From a bacterium (GTDB taxonomy: Bacteria; SAR324; NAC60-12), in the NCBI GenBank assembly GCA_965209155.1, contig OZ242383.1, positions 800,001-864,000 of the forward strand: a stretch of DNA of 64,000 bases. Direction: 5' to 3'. Below the pieces are notes generated by a model. That model did not search any database and was not told the origin of the DNA. It saw only the letters and a program-made list of their open reading frames with translations. How positions within the stretch are numbered: the first letter of the stretch is position 1; every line of letters starts with the position of its first letter. This document shows, piece after piece, positions 1 through 10,112 of this stretch. The translations under genes were made by a program, and so were the position numbers.

Positions 1-2
1 CT

Positions 3-359
3 ATTTCGAGAGAAATCAATTTTTGTCAGTTGGAATCGGGAAAAAGTCCTGTAGAAGAGTTTCTGGATTCCTTGAACGACAAACAACTACAAAAAGTTTA
101 TTTCGTATTGCGATTGCTTCAAACTCAAGAAGTTATTCCTAAAGAATACTTCAAATAACTTATAGGGACAGAAGATATTTGGGAAGTACGAGTACAATTT
201 GGCAATCATATCTTCCGATTGCTTGGCTTCTTTGAAGAAAAAAATCGAATCATTCTAAATCATGGTTTTACCAAGAAAACTCGAAAAACCCCAAAGTCTG
301 AAATCAAGCAAGCAGAGGCAAGAAAGAGCGAATATAAAAGGAGAAGGAAAAATGGATGA
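3..359 (+). pseudogene. RelE/ParE (Gp49-like) type II toxin with premature stop; 5' end outside the window
   Basis: Manual translation from nt 3: ...SGKSPVEEFLDSL...EYFK*LIGTEDIWEVRVQFGNHIFRLLGFF...HGFTKKTRKTPKSEIKQAEARK. In-frame TAA at 156-158; the 3' end overlaps the downstream HTH gene. Confidence 0.75.
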
Positions 360-627
360 CTTAGATCAATATATGCAAAAACGGATGAAAAATAATCCAG
401 AGTTTTGGGAAAATACTGAAGAGAAGTTTGAGTTATTTAAAGTTGGATTTTTATTGAAACAAGCAAGAGAAGAGGCCGGAATGACTCAAGAACAAATAGC
501 TCTATCTTTGCAAACGAACAAAACTGCTATTTCTCGCATAGAAAATCATGCTTCAGATATACGGCTATCGACTCTGGAAAAATTTGCTCAAGCTTTGGGA
601 AAAAAGCTTCGAGTGGCCCTTGAATAA
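352..627 (+). CDS. XRE-family HTH antitoxin (HigA-like)
   Basis: LKQAREEAGMTQEQIA...AISRIEN...LSTLEKFAQALG Cro/C1 HTH. ATG at 352 follows AGGAGAAGG and overlaps the toxin stop. Confidence 0.85.
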   Translation: MDDLDQYMQKRMKNNPEFWENTEEKFELFKVGFLLKQAREEAGMTQEQIALSLQTNKTAISRIENHASDIRLSTLEKFAQALGKKLRVALE

Positions 628-675
628 GGGTAACGGTGATAGGAAAGGAGGGAGGAAACGGAGATAATGGGGTCG

Positions 676-884
676 CTCATTAACAAGGTCTATCACATTC
701 AAAATGTCAACGCATATGACAGCCGATTAAAAGGATGGATGCACCGATTCAATGGGGTTGCAACAAAATACCTCCCAATTACTTGGGATGGAGGCGATGC
801 CTTGAAAAACAGGGAAATTCAATCGCACCGCTGACCTATCTCAACTGTGCTTTGGAGTGACCAATACTAAACTCAAATTGAGCC
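676..884 (+). mobile_element. IS1595-family transposase C-terminal remnant with right end
   Basis: Translates to [29 protein letters not shown](frameshift)NYLGWRR, typical of the IS1595/ISXO2 DDE C-terminus; ends ...AATTGAGCC. Confidence 0.7.
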
Positions 885-917
885 ATTAAAAACTGTAAAC
901 TTTTTTAGGGGAGATTC

Positions 918-2480
918 ATGTCTGAAGAGAAACCGGACCGCAGTGGCGCGGAAAGTCTGGTGCAAACCTTTGTGGATGCGGACGTTGATGTCTGTTTTGC
1001 GAATCCGGGAACATCGGAAATGCACTTTGTGGCAGCGTTGGATACCAACCCGGAGATGCGCTGCATTCTGGGTTTGTTCGAGGGGATTGTCACGGGCGCC
1101 GCTGATGGTTATGGGCGCATGGCGGGCAAGCCCGCTGCGACGCTGACCCATTTGGGTCCGGGGTTCAGCAACGGCTGGGCAAACCTGCACAATGCCAAGA
1201 AGGCGCGAACACCGGTCTTAAACGTCGTTGGTGATCACGCGACGTATCACCGTAAGTACGATGCGCCGTTGACGTCCGACGTCGAGGGCGTGGCCCGCTC
1301 AGTTTCGGGCTGGGTCAAGGTTTCGCAATCGGCCGATGAAGTAGCCGCAGACGGCGCGGAAGCGGTACAAGCGGCAATGGCACCTCCCGGGCAAGTAGCT
1401 ACCTTGATTCTCCCGGCGGACACCGCATGGAGTCGCACGACGTCGCGGGGTAAGCCGCTACCTCGTATCGAGCCGAAAAATCCGTCCGGGGACAACATCG
1501 ACGCGGTTGCCAAAGCATTGAAGACTGGTGAGTCGGCGGTTTTGCTGCTGAACGGCCACATCACCGAGGAGCGATCTGCCTTGGCGGATCGGATCGCCCA
1601 AACCACGGGCTCGCGCGTGATCATGGATACGTTCATTCCGCGTCTGCAACGAGGTGCGGGGCGCGCGGGACTGCAGCGTCTGCCTTACTTCGGTGAGCAA
1701 GCGACGGAGGTGTTGGCCGGTACAAGACATTTGATCTTGGTGAGTTCGCAACCGCCCATCACCTTTTTCGCTTATCCCGACAAGCCGAATTGGTTGACGC
1801 CGGAGGGTTGCGAATTGCTCGCGCTTGTCGAACGCGATGAGGACGTGACTGCAGCCTTGGCGGCTCTTGCCGATGCAGTCGGCGCCGCCAGCACACAAGC
1901 CAATCTAGTGGAGCTGGAACTTCCCGACTTGCCCAAAGGAGACCTCACGCCGGGATCGATCGGTGCTTCGTTGGCCCACCAGTTTCCCGAGAATGCGATC
2001 GTCGTGGACGAAAGCGGCACGTGTGGCAGGGGATGCACCGACTTTACGCGTACGTCTCCGCCGCATGACTGGCTCATGCTGACCGGCGGTTCGATCGGCT
2101 ATGGGCAACCGTGCGCGACGGGCGCGGCTGTCGCCGCACCCAATCGCCGCGTGATTTGTTTGCAAGCCGATGGCGGAGGAATGTACACGCTGCAGGCTCT
2201 GTGGACCCAGGCGCGTGAAAAGCTCGACGTAACCACAATTATCTTTGCCAATCAGAAATACTCGATTTTGCAGATTGAGTTCGGACGCGTCGGCGCCCAC
2301 AACCCGGGACCGAAGGCGATGAGTATGCTCGACCTGACGAACCCGGAACTCAACTGGGTCTCTCTGGCGGAAGGCATGGGTGTACCGGCGTGGCGGGTCA
2401 CAACGGCCGAACAGTTCAATAAGGTGTTGGCGGATTCGTTGAATTCACCCGGCCCGTCGCTCATCGAGGCGATGATTTAG
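918..2480 (+). CDS. Thiamine pyrophosphate-dependent enzyme, acetolactate synthase large subunit-like
   Basis: CFANPGTSEMH, GAADGYGRM, TPP motif ADGGGMYTLQALWT...N; higher GC than the flanks. Confidence 0.9.
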   Translation: MSEEKPDRSGAESLVQTFVDADVDVCFANPGTSEMHFVAALDTNPEMRCILGLFEGIVTGAADGYGRMAGKPAATLTHLGPGFSNGWANLHNAKKARTPVLNVVGDHATYHRKYDAPLTSDVEGVARSVSGWVKVSQSADEVAADGAEAVQAAMAPPGQVATLILPADTAWSRTTSRGKPLPRIEPKNPSGDNIDAVAKALKTGESAVLLLNGHITEERSALADRIAQTTGSRVIMDTFIPRLQRGAGRAGLQRLPYFGEQATEVLAGTRHLILVSSQPPITFFAYPDKPNWLTPEGCELLALVERDEDVTAALAALADAVGAASTQANLVELELPDLPKGDLTPGSIGASLAHQFPENAIVVDESGTCGRGCTDFTRTSPPHDWLMLTGGSIGYGQPCATGAAVAAPNRRVICLQADGGGMYTLQALWTQAREKLDVTTIIFANQKYSILQIEFGRVGAHNPGPKAMSMLDLTNPELNWVSLAEGMGVPAWRVTTAEQFNKVLADSLNSPGPSLIEAMI

Positions 2481-2815
2481 GTATTGGTATGACAAATCCA
2501 GCCATGGATGGCCTGAGGACAGTGGGTCCTGGATCGATAAGATACGGGAATAGTGAATGGCAGGCCAAATCTGGCCTGAGGAGTAACTCTCGTCTCTTTT
2601 GAGATGATCGAACCAACTGAGGAGACGGCTGCTGCCGTCCATGAAAAAACATAGCCTCTGCAAAAAGAAATCAGTGACCGCAATCCCTTAGAATCCGATT
2701 GGATATTAAAATTGCATGTTTACTATTTCCATCTTTTGATGCCACCCGGATATTGAAAGCCATCCCATTGCCCAAAAAACTTGTATGATTCGGCTAATTT
2801 TTGTATAAAATACTT

Positions 2816-2982
2816 TGCGAATCAAGAGTTGAAATTCAGTTTATAAAATTAATTTAACAATTATGATGTGTCATGCTGGTTCCGGATCAAGTTCAGGATG
2901 ATCCAGCATCCAAAATATCGCCCGTATACCCTGGATTCCTGGTCAAGCCAGGAATGACACGTTTTTTAACTCCTGATTCACG
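2816..2982. mobile_element. MITE family A copy 1 (imperfect ~15-19 bp TIRs, internal REP-like hairpins)
   Basis: Ends TGCGAATCAAGAGTT...AACTCCTGATTCACG; reverse-complement homolog at 40753-40955. Confidence 0.7.
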
Positions 2983-3109
2983 TAAAATTCTACGATATCC
3001 TACTTTTTTTCAAAGGACGGAATAGTGAATGTGACCCAAGTCCGGTTTTTCACGCTTACGATGAAAAGCATTGATTTCGAGCTTCCGTTCTCCTTCTGAA
3101 GAGTGCAGC

Positions 3110-5020
3110 ATGATACAACAACTACGAGAACAATCCCAAAGTATTTTTTTCAAAATCCTGCTTGGATTCATTGCCATTACTTTTGTGATTTCCTTTGGAG
3201 TCGGTTCTTTTTTCGGCAGTCGTAAAGAGGTCATTGCCTTGGTCAATTCAAAAGAATTGTTACTGCAGGAATTCCAGCGCACGTATTCCCAGCAAATCGA
3301 AAACTTGAGAGCCCGCTTCGGAACGAATGCCGACCAACTGGCAGAACAAATCAATTTGAGGCAGCAAGTGCTGCAACAGTTGATCAATCGTTATTTGCTG
3401 GCCGATGAAGCCGAAAAACAGGGCATAAGGCTCACCGACTTCGAACTACAGGATTATATTAAAAATCTACCCTATTTTCAGATCGATGGTCAATTCGATT
3501 TCAATACGTACGAGCAGATTTTACGGCAAAATCGCATGTTGGTGGAAGAATACGAAGCGGAACTGCGAGTGGACCTGCTTGCCAGTAAATACCAGGATAT
3601 GCTTTTGTCGGGCATACTCGTCAGCGATGCGGAAGTGGATCGCATCTACCATAATGAAAATGAAACCATTACCGTCGAATATCTCTATTTCGATCCACTG
3701 CTCTTTATGGACCAGGTCGAATCAGACGATGACGAATTGCAAAAATATTATGAGGACCACCCTGACGAATTCGAGCAACCCAAGCGTTTCAAAATCGAAT
3801 ATTTTCTCCTCACGCTGGATCAATTCAAAGAAACCGCCGTGGCGAAAGAACGGGAAATCGTGCGATACTATGAAAGAAACAGAGAGGAGTACACGACGCC
3901 TGTTGCCTTAAAAGCAAGGCATATATTGATCAAAGCCGACATGGAAATGGCGGCGGACGAAAAGGCCCAAAAACGGCAACAAGCCGAAAATATTCTCAAA
4001 CAACTGCAACAAGGCGCGGTTTTCGAAGAACTGGCGCGCGCGTATTCGGAGGACTTTTCCAAGGAGCAAGGAGGAGATTTGGGCTGGTTTGAACCAGGCG
4101 AGATGGCGGCAGGTTTTGAAGAGGTAGCCTTCAACCTGCAACCCGGAGAGTTGAGCGCCGTCGTGGAAACGCCTTTCGGCTTTCACATCATCCGTGTGGA
4201 TGAAAAAAAAGAGGAAAGCGTCCAAACCCTGGAAGACGTCCGTGCTGAAATCGAAGATCTTTTGAGAGAATCGCGGGCCCAGAAAAAGTTGGACCTGGAA
4301 TACCAAAGATTATTGAGCAGGATGGAAGAAGAAAAAGATCTTGCCGCCATAGCAGAAAGTTTCGGGACCTCCGTTGCGCAAACCGAATTTTTCGACCGGG
4401 AAGACAGCGTCGAGAAACTGGGTTCGCTCGATGTCCTGGCAGATCAGTTGCAGTCCCAGCAAGTGGGGGACTATGGACGATTGCAACGCAATCCGATCCA
4501 AGGTTACGTTTTTTATGAATTGCTGGACGTTCAGGAACCTTCGACCAAGCCATTCGAGGAAGTGGAAACGGAAGTCACCCGACTGGTCGAGCAACAAAAA
4601 GCAGTTGACCTGGCATCCGACATTGGTCAGAAAGAATCGACAGCGTTGACGGATGGCAAATCCCTGGAAAGCATTGCGGCGTCTTACGGTCTCGAACTCG
4701 GGGAAACGACGTTGACTGCGGTGAGCGACGTGATCAGCGGGATAGGTTACGATCCGGTATTCAAAAAAAACGTACTGGCTTTGAATGATTCCCGGAAGGT
4801 GAGCGGCAGTCTCTACCAGGAAAAATATTATCTCATTGAACTCAAAAACCGACAATTGGCGGAGGATGAGAATATCGATGCCAAAAAAAAAGAGGTTCGC
4901 CAGAGATTGATCGCGCAAATCAGACAGGCCTTTGTCGACAAAGACATGCAACGCTTGCGAGATGCGGCCAGCATTGAAATTCTCAATCCGTTCTTCCGCT
5001 CCGACGCTCCTGAAAGCTAG
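3110..5020 (+). CDS. ppiD: PpiD/SurA-type peptidyl-prolyl isomerase
   Basis: N-terminal TM, SurA N-domain, parvulin motifs ARHILIK, FEELARAYSED, GGDLGWF, ETPFGFHII. Confidence 0.85.
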   Translation: MIQQLREQSQSIFFKILLGFIAITFVISFGVGSFFGSRKEVIALVNSKELLLQEFQRTYSQQIENLRARFGTNADQLAEQINLRQQVLQQLINRYLLADEAEKQGIRLTDFELQDYIKNLPYFQIDGQFDFNTYEQILRQNRMLVEEYEAELRVDLLASKYQDMLLSGILVSDAEVDRIYHNENETITVEYLYFDPLLFMDQVESDDDELQKYYEDHPDEFEQPKRFKIEYFLLTLDQFKETAVAKEREIVRYYERNREEYTTPVALKARHILIKADMEMAADEKAQKRQQAENILKQLQQGAVFEELARAYSEDFSKEQGGDLGWFEPGEMAAGFEEVAFNLQPGELSAVVETPFGFHIIRVDEKKEESVQTLEDVRAEIEDLLRESRAQKKLDLEYQRLLSRMEEEKDLAAIAESFGTSVAQTEFFDREDSVEKLGSLDVLADQLQSQQVGDYGRLQRNPIQGYVFYELLDVQEPSTKPFEEVETEVTRLVEQQKAVDLASDIGQKESTALTDGKSLESIAASYGLELGETTLTAVSDVISGIGYDPVFKKNVLALNDSRKVSGSLYQEKYYLIELKNRQLAEDENIDAKKKEVRQRLIAQIRQAFVDKDMQRLRDAASIEILNPFFRSDAPES

Positions 5021-5046
5021 GACACTGCGGTGAAAGTCCATAGATA

Positions 5047-5240
5047 ACCTGAATTCGACATTATTCTTCAAGAACATGAGTATTTTGGTGTATTTGTCAT
5101 CCTCGCGTAAGCGGGGATCCGGATTATAGTCTGGCTGTATTCCTCTGGATTCCTGCTTCCGCAGGAATGACAAGGATTCTCTAAGATATGAGAACCCCAT
5201 AACATATTGAATATATTAAATTCTTATCTCGAACTCGTGT
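5047..5240. mobile_element. MITE family B copy 1 (TIR ACCTGAATTCGA/TCGAACTCGTGT)
   Basis: Flanked by direct repeat TAGATA (5041-5046, 5241-5246); reverse-complement homolog at 27253-27491; contains an inverted pair of GTCAT-headed hairpins. Confidence 0.75.
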
Positions 5241-5354
5241 TAGATACCCTGAATTCCGGGTATTCGCCAGGAATGACTACGCTGCGAACAGCCGGAAGGA
5301 GAAAAAACATGTACGCACTCTTGCCCTGCGGTATTAGTGGGTAACTGACAAAAA

Positions 5355-5891
5355 ATGGCGACGGTTGCTATGAAAAAATATGCCGGATTGCTCTCGATAT
5401 TGCTGGGGACGGGGCTCTTGTATGGGACCGCTCCGGGATTTGCCCAGTTTTCCTGGCAGCAATCGAATCCCGTGACCTCACCCCTTGAAATATATGCGGA
5501 ATTCGACAAATTCCGGGTCAATCCGGGAGCTGCCGTTACCTTGATCATTCGTGGTTTTTTGCAGCCTGCGTGGCATATTTATTCAATTCAACGGATTTCC
5601 GACGAGGCGCCGAATCCCACCACGGTGACCTATCCCGATTTACAATTCGAAATCATCGGTCCTTTGAAAGAGAGTCCTCCCGAGATGGTGGATGATCGGG
5701 CATTGGATTTACGTTTGGCAGTTCACAAAGAGGAATTTGTTTTCCAGCAGCAATTCAAGATTTCACCACTCGCCGAAGCGGGATCCTTTGTTTTTGAAGG
5801 CACGCTCCATTATCAGTTGTGTGACGACCATATTTGTACACCCCGCCAACATCGATTGTTCTCGACTCCATTGACTATTGAAAAACAATAG
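5355..5891 (+). CDS. DsbD N-terminal-domain secreted protein
   Basis: Signal peptide, WHIYS, YQLCDDHICTP; paralogous to the N-terminus of 60753..62741. Confidence 0.8.
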   Translation: MATVAMKKYAGLLSILLGTGLLYGTAPGFAQFSWQQSNPVTSPLEIYAEFDKFRVNPGAAVTLIIRGFLQPAWHIYSIQRISDEAPNPTTVTYPDLQFEIIGPLKESPPEMVDDRALDLRLAVHKEEFVFQQQFKISPLAEAGSFVFEGTLHYQLCDDHICTPRQHRLFSTPLTIEKQ

Positions 5892-5936
5892 CTGCACGAG
5901 GGGGGGAACCTGTGAATTGTTTCAGAAAAGAAGGAA

Positions 5937-6149
5937 ATGGAAAGAACAGCCAAATCCCACAAGACAACCCCTCACGATGCGATTCTGCTCAGTCGGGTTA
6001 TCGTGGAAAAACAGCCCATATGCATCACCTTCCTGGACGGCGACGTACTGATCGAACAGGTACGTTGGCACACCCCGCAATGCATAGGATTGAAGGATGG
6101 AAAAATCGTCAACAAACAGGCCATCAAATTTTGGGAAGTGATGGCATGA
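5937..6149 (+). CDS. Small Hfq/Sm-like protein (divergent)
   Basis: 70 aa; PICITFLDGDVLIEQVRWH (Sm1-like) and IVNKQAI (cf. Hfq VYKHAI); RBS AGAAGGA. Confidence 0.55.
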   Translation: MERTAKSHKTTPHDAILLSRVIVEKQPICITFLDGDVLIEQVRWHTPQCIGLKDGKIVNKQAIKFWEVMA

Positions 6150-6165
6150 TGCGAAGCGTAGCGCC

Positions 6166-7188
6166 ATGACCAGTTATTTTATACGCAGGTTGCTATTGGT
6201 GGGACCAACTTTCATTGGAATCACTCTGGTTGTTTTTACGATCACTCGTTTTGTTCCCGGAGGTCCCATTGAAAGAATCATTGCGCAAGCCCAACAGATG
6301 AATGCGGGTGAAGGATCCACCTCGCAATCCACGGAGAACGAAGCCCCCCTTTCTCCGGAACAGATTGAAATGCTCAAAAAATTTTACGGGTTTGACAAAC
6401 CGGTCCTGGTCAGTTACGTCGAATGGCTGGGCAAGGTGGTCACCTTCGACCTGGGAAATTCCATGCGTTACTACGATCCGGTATGGGAGATCATCAAAGA
6501 AAAGCTTCCGATCTCTATATACTATGGCGTGGTGACCACCATCCTGACTTACCTGGTTTGTATTCCGCTGGGCGTGCTGAAAGCGATCAAACATAAAACA
6601 ATGGTAGACAGCACTTCATCCGTCTTCATCCTGACCGGATACGCATTGCCCGGATTCATCGTGGCGATTATTCTTTTTGTCTGGCCGGCAGCTCAATGGG
6701 ATTGGTTCCCTCTCGGCGACTTTGTCAGCGAAGATTTCGATGATTTGTCCTTTCCGGGAAAAATCTGGGACGTCATCTACCATTCGGTATTGCCTTTAAT
6801 CGCATATATGCTGGGAGGTTTTGCCACCATGACGTTTTTAATGAAAAATACTTTGATGGATCACCTTGCTTCCGATTACGTCAGGACGGCCATTGCCAAG
6901 GGACTGTCTTTCAAAGGCGCCGTTTTCAAACACGCCTTTCGTAATAGTCTCATTCCTTTAGCGACTCATTTTGGTAACAATATCACCTTATTCCTGGCAG
7001 GATCGTTTTTAATTGAAAGAGTGTTCAATATCGATGGTCTGGGTCTGCTGGGCTTTGAATCGCTGGTGGAACGGGATTATCCCATCGTGCTCGGTGTTTT
7101 GGTTATTTCCTCGATCCTGGGGCTGTTGGGAAATATTTTGTCAGATGTATGCGTGGCTTTGGTGGATCCCCGCGTCAAGTTCGAGTGA
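6166..7188 (+). CDS. Peptide ABC transporter permease (YejB/OppB-like)
   Basis: YFIRRLLL, VPGGPIE, DYVRTAIAKGL, LVDPRVKF. Confidence 0.9.
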   Translation: MTSYFIRRLLLVGPTFIGITLVVFTITRFVPGGPIERIIAQAQQMNAGEGSTSQSTENEAPLSPEQIEMLKKFYGFDKPVLVSYVEWLGKVVTFDLGNSMRYYDPVWEIIKEKLPISIYYGVVTTILTYLVCIPLGVLKAIKHKTMVDSTSSVFILTGYALPGFIVAIILFVWPAAQWDWFPLGDFVSEDFDDLSFPGKIWDVIYHSVLPLIAYMLGGFATMTFLMKNTLMDHLASDYVRTAIAKGLSFKGAVFKHAFRNSLIPLATHFGNNITLFLAGSFLIERVFNIDGLGLLGFESLVERDYPIVLGVLVISSILGLLGNILSDVCVALVDPRVKFE

Positions 7189-7196
7189 AATCGTCG

Positions 7197-8240
7197 ATGC
7201 GCATCAATCCCTTGACATTGAAGAAGATAAAACGCTTTCGTTCTATCAAGCGAGGTTATTATTCGTTGATCCTGTTTGGCACCATGTTGCTCCTGGCAAT
7301 CTTTGCCGAACTGTGGATCAACAACCGGGCCTTGCTGGTTTATTACGAGGGATCACTTCATTTCCCGGTTTATGGTTCGATAATTCCCGGAAAAGTCTTT
7401 GGTTTGGAATACGCATACGAAACCAACTACAAAGAGTTGCAGAAAAAATTCAATCAGGAAGAAGGGGCAAATTTCGTTATCATGCCACTCGTACCCTACG
7501 ATGCTTATGAAATCGATTTGCCGGAAACGGCATTTCCTCCTTTCCCACCTTCCCTGAAATCCAGGCATTATTTGGGGACGGACGCTATTGGCCGGGACCT
7601 GGTAGCGCGATTGGTTTATGGATTTCGGGTATGTATCGCTTATTCTCTCTCTTTACTTTTCATGACATTTGTCATTGGCATCGCATTGGGTTGTCTGATG
7701 GGTTTTTGGGGAGGGAAGTTCGATTTGTTCTTTCAACGCCTGATTGAAGTCTGGTCCGCCATACCTTTTCTTTACATCATCATGATAATCGCTTCCATTA
7801 TAGAGCCCAACCTGTTAATGTTGGTGGTCATTTCCGTCATCTTTGGATGGATGGGAATGACCTGGTACATGCGTACGGCAACTTACAAGGAAAAAGCGAG
7901 GGACTACGTGATGGCCGCTAGAGCGCTGGGGGCTTCCAATGCCAGGATCATTTTTCATCATATACTTCCCAACGCGATTTCTTTGATTGTGACCTTTGTT
8001 CCTTTTTCGGTGGCAGCAGGAATTTCAGGCTTAACCGCCCTGGATTATCTGGGTTTTGGATTACCACCGCCCACGCCGAGTTGGGGAGAACTACTCCAGC
8101 AAGGCACTACTAATCTACAAGCACTTTGGATTATCAGTTCTATCGTAACCGCCCTGGTGATCGTTTTGGTGAGCATCACCTTCATCGGCGAAGCGGTGAG
8201 AGAAGGATTTGATCCGAAAATGCACACAACTTTCGAATAA
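7197..8240 (+). CDS. Peptide ABC transporter permease (YejE/OppC-like)
   Basis: HYLGTDAIGRD, ARALGAS, PSWGELL; start MRINP chosen because it follows the upstream stop. Confidence 0.9.
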   Translation: MRINPLTLKKIKRFRSIKRGYYSLILFGTMLLLAIFAELWINNRALLVYYEGSLHFPVYGSIIPGKVFGLEYAYETNYKELQKKFNQEEGANFVIMPLVPYDAYEIDLPETAFPPFPPSLKSRHYLGTDAIGRDLVARLVYGFRVCIAYSLSLLFMTFVIGIALGCLMGFWGGKFDLFFQRLIEVWSAIPFLYIIMIIASIIEPNLLMLVVISVIFGWMGMTWYMRTATYKEKARDYVMAARALGASNARIIFHHILPNAISLIVTFVPFSVAAGISGLTALDYLGFGLPPPTPSWGELLQQGTTNLQALWIISSIVTALVIVLVSITFIGEAVREGFDPKMHTTFE

Positions 8241-8261
8241 AAATTTTATAAGGAGAAAACC

Positions 8262-10058
8262 ATGATGGCAAAATACATATTTAAAATTTTTCTCACAAGT
8301 CTCGCCCTGTTCTGCTTTTCAGGGGTCCATGCAGTTGAAATGCTGCCTGAGGATCTCGATTGGGAAACTAATGACACGGCTACTGTCTTTGCTGACCCCA
8401 ATGCGAAAAAAGGCGGAACCTATCGGACGTACATGTTGGCCTTTCCTTTAACGCTTCGCCAGGTGGGACCTGATTCCAACAGTAGTTTTCGCAGTTATCT
8501 CGATGGAAATACGATGTCTTTGATGGGTCTGCATCCCAACACCGAAGAATTGCTTCCGGAATTGGCAACCCATTGGGCTTATGGCGAAGACAAAAAAACC
8601 ATGTACTTCAAACTGGACCCAAGCGCTCGCTGGTCGGACGGGCATCCCGTCACAGCAGATGACTATCTCTTTATCCTGGAATTCATGCGCTCTGAACACA
8701 TTGTGGCCCCTTGGTATAACAATTACTATACCGAGAAAATAGACAAAGTCGTAAAATACGACGATCACACGATTTCTATCTCGGCCAATAAGGCTGATCC
8801 GGATTTATTTCTGGTCGTCAATCTTGCCCCCATTCCCAAACATTACTATGAATCGCTCACGCCGGACTTCGTGCAAAAGTATAATTGGGAGATTGTTCCC
8901 AACACCGGACCTTACCAGATCGACGACGTGAAGAAAGGAAAAAGCGTGACTTTCAAACGTAAAAAGGACTGGTGGGCCAAAGATTATAAGTACTTCGAGG
9001 GGCGCTTCAACGTCGACCGGGTAGTGATTACAGTCATTCGAGATCAAACCACTGTTTTTGAATATTTTAAAAAACAACGCCTGGATGATTTCATTCTCAC
9101 TTTTCCTACTTATTGGCATGAGAAAGCCAAGGACCTGGAGATCTATGACAAGGGATATATTAAAAAAAGCTGGTTTTATACCGATGCTCGTATTTCACCA
9201 CGGGGATTCTGGTTGAACCAGGACAAAGAGATATTCAAGGACCGCAACGTCCGTTATGCTTTTGCGCATGCCATGAATATGGACAAACTGCTCAATGGCT
9301 TGCTCCGTGGAGATTACAGTCGCTTACAGAGATTCAATACGGGATTTGGAGAGTATACCAACCTGAACATACGCGCCCGCACCTTCGATATCGCGAAGGT
9401 CGAGGAGTTGATGACCGCTTCGGGATGGGAACGGGGTGACGACGGGATCTGGAAAAAAGGGGATATGCGCTATTCCGTAAAAGTGACCTATTCCTTCGAC
9501 GGCCACACCCCCCGCCTGGTGCTTTTGAAGGAAGAAGCGAAAAAAGCGGGAATTGAAATGAATTTGCAGCGCTTGGATGGTAGTGCCATGTTCAAATTGA
9601 TCCTGGAAAAAAAGCATGACGTCGGCTGGATGGGTTGGAGTACCCCGTTCCGTCCCCGCTACTGGCAGGGCTTCCATTCCGACAACGCGCATAAGCCCCA
9701 GACCAACAACATCACCAATACCGACAATCCGGAATTGGATGAACTGATCATGAATTATCGAGATTCCATCGTACCGGAAGAACGGATCACCTTGGCCCAT
9801 ACCATTCAAGAGAAAATCCACGAGGATGGATCCTTCGTCCCCACTTACAAAGTAGGATATTTCCGCACGGGCTACTGGCGATGGTGGCAATTCCCGGAGG
9901 TGGCATCCACCAAAAATTCAGATGGTCTTTTCGAGCCATTTGGTACCGGACTATTCTGGCTAGATGCCGACCTCAAGAAAGAAACGGAGGAAGCCATGGA
10001 GAGCGGGGAGAGTTTTGAATCAATAACCCTCGTCGATAAAACCTTCAAAGTGGATTGA
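8262..10058 (+). CDS. Family 5 extracellular solute-binding protein (YejA-like)
   Basis: Signal peptide, DPNAKKGG, ARWSDGHPVTADD, TGPYQI. Confidence 0.9.
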   Translation: MMAKYIFKIFLTSLALFCFSGVHAVEMLPEDLDWETNDTATVFADPNAKKGGTYRTYMLAFPLTLRQVGPDSNSSFRSYLDGNTMSLMGLHPNTEELLPELATHWAYGEDKKTMYFKLDPSARWSDGHPVTADDYLFILEFMRSEHIVAPWYNNYYTEKIDKVVKYDDHTISISANKADPDLFLVVNLAPIPKHYYESLTPDFVQKYNWEIVPNTGPYQIDDVKKGKSVTFKRKKDWWAKDYKYFEGRFNVDRVVITVIRDQTTVFEYFKKQRLDDFILTFPTYWHEKAKDLEIYDKGYIKKSWFYTDARISPRGFWLNQDKEIFKDRNVRYAFAHAMNMDKLLNGLLRGDYSRLQRFNTGFGEYTNLNIRARTFDIAKVEELMTASGWERGDDGIWKKGDMRYSVKVTYSFDGHTPRLVLLKEEAKKAGIEMNLQRLDGSAMFKLILEKKHDVGWMGWSTPFRPRYWQGFHSDNAHKPQTNNITNTDNPELDELIMNYRDSIVPEERITLAHTIQEKIHEDGSFVPTYKVGYFRTGYWRWWQFPEVASTKNSDGLFEPFGTGLFWLDADLKKETEEAMESGESFESITLVDKTFKVD

Positions 10059-10112
10059 AAGGGCAGGACGGAAGTTTGGGGGTTCGGTCTCAACGGTGAA
10101 TGAGAGACGATT

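Noticed and set aside
156..158. Stop-codon reassignment to explain in-frame TAA codons
   Set aside because: TAA terminates many normal genes here (e.g. glnA); simple pseudogenisation or sequencing error is more likely.
2481..2700. Possible riboswitch or ncRNA after the TPP enzyme (GGCCTGAGGA twice, small hairpins)
   Set aside because: No complete recognisable aptamer consensus; would need an Rfam search.
4310..5200. 296-aa minus-strand ORF
   Set aside because: Antisense to ppiD and starts inside a MITE.
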